A DNA stretch of 64,000 nucleotides from Ideonella sp. (lineage in GTDB: Bacteria > Pseudomonadota > Gammaproteobacteria > Burkholderiales > Burkholderiaceae_C), in assembly GCF_036277275.1 (NCBI RefSeq), contig NZ_DASUNH010000110.1, positions 2,014 through 66,013 on the forward strand, given 5' to 3'. The notes below the pieces were generated by a model. The model saw nothing but the letters and a program-made list of their open reading frames with translations, searched no databases and was not told the DNA's origin. A program made the position numbers and the translations under genes. Shown piece by piece: positions 57,929 through 64,000 of this stretch; position 1 is the stretch's first letter; each line of letters opens with the position of its first letter.

Positions 57929-58573
57929 ATGACGCTTGAAGCCCTGACCCTCTACGGCGCCGCCGGCTCCGGCTCGGTGGCCGTGGAAGCCACGCTGCGC
58001 CTGCTCGGCATCGACTACACGCTGATCGAGGGGGCCACGTGGGCCGAGCCGGCGGCGCGCAACCGTGTGGCGCCGGCCAACCCGATGCGGCAGATTCCGA
58101 CGCTGGTGCTGGCCGACGGCGAGGTGCTGACCGAAAGCGCGGCGATCCTCATCTACCTGGCCGACCTGCACCCGGCCTCCGGCCTCTCGCCGGCCGCGGA
58201 CGACCCGTTGCGCGGGCGCTTCTTGCGCTGGATGCTCTACGTGTCATCGGCCATCTACGCGCTGCACTGGATCAAGCCGGACGTGCGGCGCATCGGCGTG
58301 CCGCTGGCCCTGCGCGACACGGTGGTCGATGCGGTGCACGACCGCATCGCCTTCTGCTGGTCGACGATGGACCAGCGGCTGGCTCCGGCCGGGCCTTACC
58401 TGCTGGGTGAACGGCTGACGGTGCTGGACCTGTATGTGAACGTGGTGTCGCGCTTCGGGCCGTGGCGCGAACGCTTCATCGAGGCCGCGCCGACGATGGC
58501 ACCGATGGTCCAGCGGGTGGACGCCGATCCGCGGCTGGCGTCGTTCTGGCTCGACCGCTTCAGCTTCGATTGA
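57929..58573 (+). CDS. Glutathione S-transferase
   Basis: NPMRQIPTLVL, LTESAAILIYL, YLLGERLTVLDLY. Confidence 0.88.
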   Translation: MTLEALTLYGAAGSGSVAVEATLRLLGIDYTLIEGATWAEPAARNRVAPANPMRQIPTLVLADGEVLTESAAILIYLADLHPASGLSPAADDPLRGRFLRWMLYVSSAIYALHWIKPDVRRIGVPLALRDTVVDAVHDRIAFCWSTMDQRLAPAGPYLLGERLTVLDLYVNVVSRFGPWRERFIEAAPTMAPMVQRVDADPRLASFWLDRFSFD

Positions 58574-58585
58574 AGGAGCCGCGCC

Positions 58586-59062
58586 ATGGCCTTTCGACGC
58601 GTTGAATTGCCGGCCGCCGTGCCGGGCACACTCTGGCTCAGCTCGATGCCGGGCCGTTGGGAGCCCTGGTTCACGTTCGTCGACGAAGCACGGCGCGTCG
58701 ACCTCGCGTTGACGCTGTGCCTGACCGAGCCGGACGAGATTGCCGAGCTGTCGCCAAGTTACCGCCGGGCGATCGACACCGGCGGCGTGCCGGGGGCCTG
58801 GCTGAACGTGCCGGTGCGCAACTACGGCGTGCCCGACGACGCCGAAGACCTGCGTCAGGCGGTGGAGGCCGTCGTGCAGATGCTGCAGCAGGGCGGGGCG
58901 GTGTTGCTGCACTGTGCCGCCGGCATGGGCCGCACCGGCACCGCGGCGGCCTGCGTCTTGAAGCGGTTGGGCCTGCCGGCGCAAGAGGCGCTGCGCCATG
59001 TGCGCGATGCGGGCTCGAACCCGCAGAGTGCTGTGCAGTCCGGCCTGGTGAACTGGTTCTGA
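58586..59062 (+). CDS. Dual-specificity/tyrosine protein phosphatase-like protein
   Basis: HCAAGMGRTG (HCX5R) P-loop. Confidence 0.85.
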   Translation: MAFRRVELPAAVPGTLWLSSMPGRWEPWFTFVDEARRVDLALTLCLTEPDEIAELSPSYRRAIDTGGVPGAWLNVPVRNYGVPDDAEDLRQAVEAVVQMLQQGGAVLLHCAAGMGRTGTAAACVLKRLGLPAQEALRHVRDAGSNPQSAVQSGLVNWF

Positions 59063-59080
59063 GTCGCCACCGAAGACCCC

Positions 59081-59400
59081 ATGGGTGAATCGCTCGACGG
59101 TCGGGTCCAGTCGGCGCTGCGCGACCACGCTACCGGGGCCGGGCGCGACGGCACGGCGCGCTACGCGATCCCGTGCGCCAAGATCTATGGCGTGGCGGTC
59201 AAGGGCATCAAGGCCCTGGGCAAGACGCTGGGCCGTGACCAGCCGCGGGCTGAAGCCCTGTGGCACATGGGCGGGCACGAGGCGCGCCTGCCGGCCTCGT
59301 TCGTCGGCGACCCGGCCAAGCTCGGCGCTGCGCAGATGGACCGCTGGTGCCGCGAGTTCGACAACTGGGCCGGCAAGGATGCGCTGGGCGAACTGAAGCC
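59081..59400 (+). pseudogene. Remnant of an AlkD-like DNA alkylation repair gene with an internal deletion
   Basis: ARYAI...YGV.VKGIKALGKTLGRD...LW..G.HEARL.ASFV..P...QMDRWCREFDNWA joins directly to GKDALGEL (family C-terminus); the rest of the track ORF looks like read-through. Confidence 0.6.
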
Positions 59401-59568
59401 GGGCCGCGAAGGCCTCGGCCAACCCAGCCACGCCGAAACGGCGCACCGCGGCAGCTTGATCGGGCAGGAGCGGCGGGGCGCCGCACTGCTGAGGATCGGT
59501 TTGCCAAGGGGGCGCATGGCCACGCCCGGCTTGGCTCTGCGGCACCTCGCGCCGGCCGCCGCGGCGGC

Positions 59569-59596
59569 CTTGAAGTTGCCGCGCCGGCACCCAACT
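59569..59596 (+). promoter_or_regulatory. Probable sigma-32 promoter of hsp20
   Basis: CTTGAA-N14-ACCCAACT versus consensus CTTGAA-N13/15-CCCCATNT, 75 nt upstream of the ATG. Confidence 0.55.
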
Positions 59597-59670
59597 GGGG
59601 CCTACGAAAGCTCGCTGCTGCGTGCAGCGGCAATTCGTCCTGTGTTCACCCCTATCGAAGGAGTATTCGC

Positions 59671-60180
59671 ATGAAGACATTCGAAGACCTCCGCCAGGGC
59701 GTGGGTGCCTGGTGGGATTCCGTGGCCGAAGGCTGGGATCGTCTGCGCCGCTCGGCGAGCGATATGGTGACAAGCTTCCGTCCCGGCGAGAAGACCGACC
59801 TGCCCACACGTGATCAACTCGATGCCGACATCGGCCTGCCGAACCCGGCCTGGGCGCTGATGGGGGGCGACGTGTACGAAGACGAACGTCGCGTTGTCGT
59901 CCGGCTCGAAGCGCCGGGATTGGAGAAGCAGGACTTCGACATCCAGGTCCTCGGCGACACGCTGGTGATCCGCGGCGAGAAGCGCTTCGAGCGCGAGGCG
60001 ACCGAGGGCCGCTGGCGCAGCGTGCAGTGTGCCTATGGCACCTTCCGGCGCAGTTTCGCTTTGCCTGCCAAAGTGGCACACGATGGCGCCAAGGCCAGCT
60101 ACCGCAACGGTGTGCTGAAGGTGGAGCTGCCCAAAGTCGAGGTCCAGCGGCCCGAGGCACGGCGCGTCACCGTTCATTGA
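59671..60180 (+). CDS. Hsp20/alpha-crystallin small heat shock protein
   Basis: LEAPGLEKQDFDI, YGTFRRSFALP, ASYRNGVLKVELPK; RBS aaggag. Confidence 0.92.
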   Translation: MKTFEDLRQGVGAWWDSVAEGWDRLRRSASDMVTSFRPGEKTDLPTRDQLDADIGLPNPAWALMGGDVYEDERRVVVRLEAPGLEKQDFDIQVLGDTLVIRGEKRFEREATEGRWRSVQCAYGTFRRSFALPAKVAHDGAKASYRNGVLKVELPKVEVQRPEARRVTVH

Positions 60181-60183
60181 CGC

Positions 60184-60217
60184 CGCAGGGGGCCAAGCCC
60201 GGCTCGGCCCCTGCGGG
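60184..60217. terminator. Hairpin between convergent hsp20 and aldolase genes
   Basis: cgcagggg(g)cc...ggcccctgcg stem; no U-tract. Confidence 0.35.
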
Positions 60218-60223
60218 CGGTCG

Positions 60224-61498
60224 TCAAGCCGAGGCCGGGAACACCGGCCAGTTGGCGACCGGCCTGCCTTCTTCGACCACGACGATCGCACCGAACTGCA
60301 GGAACACCGCTTCGCTCTGGCGCGGCCGCAGGAAGATCCAGTCGCCCACTGCCAGCGGCACCGATGGCGAGGCCACCATCACCTGCTGGTTCGACGACGG
60401 GCCATACAGGCCGCTGGCCGACACGCCGGCGGGCGACACCGGATCGGCCAGCCAGTGACCACCGTGCATGGCCAGGGCTCGACGTTCGTTGACGTCCCAC
60501 CACCGGGCCATGGCCGATACGGCTTGCGCGCCGATCGGCAGGCGGAACTCGTCCATTACCTTCAGCACCGGCGTGGCGATGAAGGCGGCTGGTTGCAGCT
60601 CCGCCAGCGAAGGTTTGTCGAAGTCCGACGGCTTCACGGCCGCGGAGCCGACCGACAGCTCGTTCGGCGCGTGCTGGTCGTCGTGCAGGTGGAACGTCGG
60701 CGAGCCGGCGGCGTTGAGCGTCCAGCCCGGTGGGGCGCCACCCAGGCGCTGTTGTGCCAAGGCCAGCATCGCGCCGTAGCGGCGCTGGGCCTCGGCCTGC
60801 GCGCTGGCACGGTTGCCGGCCAGATCGGGAATCGCGGCCAGGTGCGCGTCATAGCCCATGAAGCCGGCGAATGGCAGCAGCGGCTCTTCACGCAGCGTGT
60901 CCAGCATCTGCGCCAGCACTGCCTCGCTTTCGACGCCGCCGCGGTGCAGCCCGATGTCGATCTCGATGTTGACCCTCATCGCCTGGCCACGCGCCTTGGC
61001 CAGCGCACGGTACTCGGCCAGGCGCTGCGGCGTGTCGATCAGCCACTGGATCTGGCGCGCCGGGTCGAAGCCGTCGCCGCTTGGCTGCTCAAGCGCCCAG
61101 CGGGCCGCGGATGCCGGCAGGGGCTTGCCCAGCAGCATGTCGGTGGCGGGGCGCTCCTTCGCGATCAGCGCCAGCTGCGGCGCGTTGAACAGCATCGCAC
61201 GCGGCGTGTTCCAGGCGGCCTGGGCCTCGTCGATCAGCCCCAGCGCGGGCAGCGACTTGACCACCACTCGCAGCGGCAGCCTGGCGTGTGCGGTGCGGCG
61301 GATCTGCGCCAGGTTGGCGCGCAGGCGTTGGCGGTCGACCACCAGCATCGGCATCGCCGGCAGGCCGGACAGGGTGCCGGCCAGTTGGCTGAAATAGCTG
61401 TTGTGGCCGCCTCCATGGTCCCCCGGGCGGGCCACCCAGGCGGCAACGGCCGCGGCGGCGGCCCCGCCCAGCAGCAGTTTGCGTCGTTTCAGTGCCAT
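60224..61498 (-). CDS. PLP-dependent alanine-racemase-fold aldolase (DSD1/SphD-like) with an RR N-terminal export/anchor segment
   Basis: LRVVVKSL (PLP Lys), DIGLHRGG, FMGYDAH; N-terminus KRRKLLLGG. Confidence 0.8.
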   Translation of the reverse strand: MALKRRKLLLGGAAAAAVAAWVARPGDHGGGHNSYFSQLAGTLSGLPAMPMLVVDRQRLRANLAQIRRTAHARLPLRVVVKSLPALGLIDEAQAAWNTPRAMLFNAPQLALIAKERPATDMLLGKPLPASAARWALEQPSGDGFDPARQIQWLIDTPQRLAEYRALAKARGQAMRVNIEIDIGLHRGGVESEAVLAQMLDTLREEPLLPFAGFMGYDAHLAAIPDLAGNRASAQAEAQRRYGAMLALAQQRLGGAPPGWTLNAAGSPTFHLHDDQHAPNELSVGSAAVKPSDFDKPSLAELQPAAFIATPVLKVMDEFRLPIGAQAVSAMARWWDVNERRALAMHGGHWLADPVSPAGVSASGLYGPSSNQQVMVASPSVPLAVGDWIFLRPRQSEAVFLQFGAIVVVEEGRPVANWPVFPASA

Positions 61499-61503
61499 GG
61501 TCG

Positions 61504-62886
61504 TCAAGCCTCGAACAGGCGGCGCAGATAGGGGTTGAGCATGCGGCCGGCCGGGTCAAGCTCGCGCCGCACCTGTTGGAAATCGTTCCAGCGCGGGTAC
61601 AGCGCGCGCAGCTCGGCGGCGGTGCGATCGTGCAACTTGCCCCAGTGGGGCCGGCCGGCGTGGCGGCGGTAAACCGGGCCGACGTCTTTCACCAGGTACT
61701 CCCACGGCTCATCATGCGCCGCATGGACGGCGATCGAACAGCTGTCGCGGCCGTGGAAGGGCGACAGCCAGGCATCGTCGCCCGCGATGAAGCGGAACTC
61801 GATCGGGAAGAACACATCGTTGCGCTTCTCCAGCGTGGCCAGCACTTCGCGCAGGCAGGCAATGCCTTGCTCTCGCGGCACATGGCACTCGCTCTCGTTG
61901 AAGCGGGTCGGGCGCTGGGTGGACAACAACTTCCAGGACCAGTCGGTGGCCTCTTCGGTCATCGTCGGGTCGATCGCCTGCTGCGCAACCCAGCGTCGCA
62001 TCGAAGGCCAGCGGCCGAACCAGTCGCGCAGGCGCTTGAGGTCGCGCAGCACGTCTTCGTCCGGTGCGGGCGGGCGCGGGCGGGGTGCCTCGGTGACTTC
62101 GTCATGCGTGATCGCCGCACCGTAGCCGGTGTGCGGCAGCAGATAGCACTCGAACTGATGGTGCCTGGCGGCCAGCCCGGGTGCGGCCTGCAGCAGCTCT
62201 TCGGTCGGCATCAGCCAGACGCGGCGATGCAGCACATGGCGCGGCCGAACCTTCAGCGTGACTTCGCTGATGGCGCCCAGCGAGCCGAGGGAGACTTGCG
62301 CCGCGGCGAACACCTCGGGCTGCTGGCTGCGGCTGCAGACGATGCGCTCGCCACGTGGCGTCAGCAACGTCAGCTGCTGCACGTCGGCATGCAACGCGGG
62401 CAGCCTGGCGCCGGTGCCGTGGGTGGCCGTGGCCAGCGCGCCGGCGAGCGTCTGCACATCGATGTCGGGCAGGTTGCGCATGGCCAACCCCACGGCATCG
62501 AGCGCGCGCGAGGCGGCGGCCAGGCGCGTGCCCGCGCCCAGCGTGGCAGTGCCCGCCGTGGCGTCGTGGGCGCGCAGGCCAGCCAGCCGGTCCAGCGACA
62601 GCAGGGTGCCTTCGGTCGGCACCAGTTGGGTGAACGAATGGCCGGCGCCGACGTTGCGCAAAGGCGCGGCGGCGTTGCGCAGCAATGCCAGCGTCTCGTC
62701 TTCGCTCGCAGGCACCTGCCAGGCAGCAGGCTGGCAACTCTGCAGGCCGGACCAGTTGCGCCAGCCGGGCTTGGGCGTGGCCGATGCCGGCGCGGCGGCG
62801 GGTGCCGCGGCCAGCGCCGACACCGGGCGCAGCGCCGCCGCCACGCCGGCGGCGCCGATGCCCCGCAACAACGCGCGGCGGCTCAT
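61504..62886 (-). CDS. Tat-exported FAD-linked oxidoreductase, D-arabinono-1,4-lactone oxidase family (SphC-like)
   Basis: MSRRALL signal, WRNWSG, GAGHSF, GRPHWGK. Confidence 0.85.
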   Translation of the reverse strand: MSRRALLRGIGAAGVAAALRPVSALAAAPAAAPASATPKPGWRNWSGLQSCQPAAWQVPASEDETLALLRNAAAPLRNVGAGHSFTQLVPTEGTLLSLDRLAGLRAHDATAGTATLGAGTRLAAASRALDAVGLAMRNLPDIDVQTLAGALATATHGTGARLPALHADVQQLTLLTPRGERIVCSRSQQPEVFAAAQVSLGSLGAISEVTLKVRPRHVLHRRVWLMPTEELLQAAPGLAARHHQFECYLLPHTGYGAAITHDEVTEAPRPRPPAPDEDVLRDLKRLRDWFGRWPSMRRWVAQQAIDPTMTEEATDWSWKLLSTQRPTRFNESECHVPREQGIACLREVLATLEKRNDVFFPIEFRFIAGDDAWLSPFHGRDSCSIAVHAAHDEPWEYLVKDVGPVYRRHAGRPHWGKLHDRTAAELRALYPRWNDFQQVRRELDPAGRMLNPYLRRLFEA

Positions 62887-63284
62887 GGCGACACCTCGCG
62901 CAGGTGGGCGATCAGCCGCGTGAGGTCTTCATCGCTGCATTCGGGGCACCAGCCCATCGGTGGCATCGCCCCTTTGCCTTGACGCACACTGGCGACCAGC
63001 GCCGGGACGCCGGCCACTTCTCGCGGGGCCCAGGCCTTGCGGTCGCCGTGCAGCGGGGCACCAGTGCCGGTGACCTCGTGGCACGCAGCGCAGGCACGCT
63101 CGTAAAGGGCGGCCAGGCGCGTGTCGGCCAGCACAGCGCTGGCGGTGGGCGACTCGGCGACGGCCGACGGATGCGCCGGCTCAGCCTGCCGGCCGCAGGC
63201 GGCCAGGCCCAGCAGCGTTGCCGTGCCGATTGTGCGAAAAGTGCCCACGGCAAGGCGGTGCCAGGGTATCTCGGTACAAAACAT
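62883..63284 (-). CDS. Cytochrome c5-type lipoprotein (SphB-like)
   Basis: Lipobox LAAC, CAACH, MPPMGWCPEC; true start may be GTG 63248. Confidence 0.85.
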   Translation of the reverse strand: MFCTEIPWHRLAVGTFRTIGTATLLGLAACGRQAEPAHPSAVAESPTASAVLADTRLAALYERACAACHEVTGTGAPLHGDRKAWAPREVAGVPALVASVRQGKGAMPPMGWCPECSDEDLTRLIAHLREVSP

Positions 63285-63308
63285 AGCTATAACTATCGTA
63301 TAGCCATG
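63282..63308. promoter_or_regulatory. Probable TetR operator
   Basis: AT-rich inverted repeat catagctata-N7-tatagccatg (1 mismatch) between divergent cytochrome c and TetR genes. Confidence 0.6.
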
Positions 63309-63344
63309 ACTAGAATTCCACCCGGGGAGAACCCTGAAGCACCC

Positions 63345-64000
63345 ATGCCCCGATCCGCCGATTCGCCTGCCCGCCGCGCCGCCGCCAAGACCCGCCCATC
63401 AGGCCCGTCCAAAGGCACCGCCGACGCCAGGCCTGACCTGCGCCCCAAAGCGGTGCCGCGCCAGGGGCGGGCGCTGGAGACCTACGAGCGCATCCTCGGC
63501 GTTGCGGCCGATCTGCTGGGCGAAGTCGGTGTCGAGCGCTGGTCGACCAACCTGGTGTGCGAGCGCGCGGGGCTGACGCCGCCCGCGCTGTATCGCTACT
63601 TTCCGAACAAGTACGCGCTGCTGCACGAGCTGGGTGAGCGCTTGATGGCGGTGCAGAACCAGCTGCTGGAAACCTGGGCCACGCCCGAGACGCTGGCGCA
63701 ACCGCGCGCAAAGCTGGAAGCCAGCGTGATGGACTTGTTCACCCAGACCGTCGAGGTGACCGTGGCCGCCCCGGCGGGCGTGTGGATCACCCGCGCGCTG
63801 CGTGCGGTACCGGCGCTGCAGGAGGTGCGCATCGCGTCGCACCGGCATGTCAGCGGCATCATCGAACAGGCGTTCATGGCCGCGCATCCGCATGCCGAGC
63901 GCGCCGACGTGCAGATCTTCGCGCGGTTGGCGATCGAGGCTGCCTATGCGACGCAGGAGATGCTGTTCGACGACCCCGGGCTGGATCCGATGGTGGTTGG
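63345..64000 (+). CDS. TetR/AcrR family regulator (3' truncated)
   Basis: Not in the track (no stop). PRQGRALETYERIL...STNLVCERAGLTPPALYRYFPNKYAL HTH. Confidence 0.88.
   Translation, partial: MPRSADSPARRAAAKTRPSGPSKGTADARPDLRPKAVPRQGRALETYERILGVAADLLGEVGVERWSTNLVCERAGLTPPALYRYFPNKYALLHELGERLMAVQNQLLETWATPETLAQPRAKLEASVMDLFTQTVEVTVAAPAGVWITRALRAVPALQEVRIASHRHVSGIIEQAFMAAHPHAERADVQIFARLAIEAAYATQEMLFDDPGLDPMVV

Noticed and set aside
59400-59674. C-terminal half of the 197-aa track ORF as real protein
   Set aside because: Low-complexity Ala/Arg read-through across the hsp20 sigma-32 promoter and UTR; no family motif.
63247-63260. Sigma-54-like TGGCAC...TTGC on the minus strand
   Set aside because: GG-to-GC spacing is 9 nt rather than the required 10, and the site probably lies in or next to the coding start.

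Overview
GC-rich (~70%) chromosomal window, most likely from a Burkholderiales betaproteobacterium of the Rubrivivax/Ideonella/Piscinibacter-type group (inferred from gene content and repeat families). It holds about 55 genes. No rRNA, tRNA, CRISPR array, transposase or phage gene was seen. Recognisable parts: TetR+HlyD efflux (truncated at the left edge), iorAB-like molybdoenzyme, SAM-II riboswitch-metX-metW, a nadE-like/ACP/acyl-AMP ligase/asnB/acetyltransferase cluster next to a heme-c diguanylate cyclase, an RclR-like/AhpD pair, a SARP-STAND regulator beside a secreted protein, a 10-kb signalling block, mmsA, an MCP, a yegD-like Hsp70, dadA, a dehalogenase-like hydrolase-leuCD operon, FMN riboswitch-ribH2, an ABC exporter, hsp20 and an sphBCD-like operon with a TetR (truncated at the right edge). 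The most unusual items are: (1) a His-rich GRDP/DUF1399-like domain fused to eight tandem AWCGGE cores (35451-36191), a possible self-contained precursor/enzyme or metal-binding array; (2) the uncharacterised NadE-ACP-ligase-AsnB cassette; (3) a family of palindromic repeats, with compensatory base changes between copies, that appears between genes, in-frame inside an enzyme, and possibly inside the FMN riboswitch. All family assignments come from motif recognition by eye; no database searches were run.
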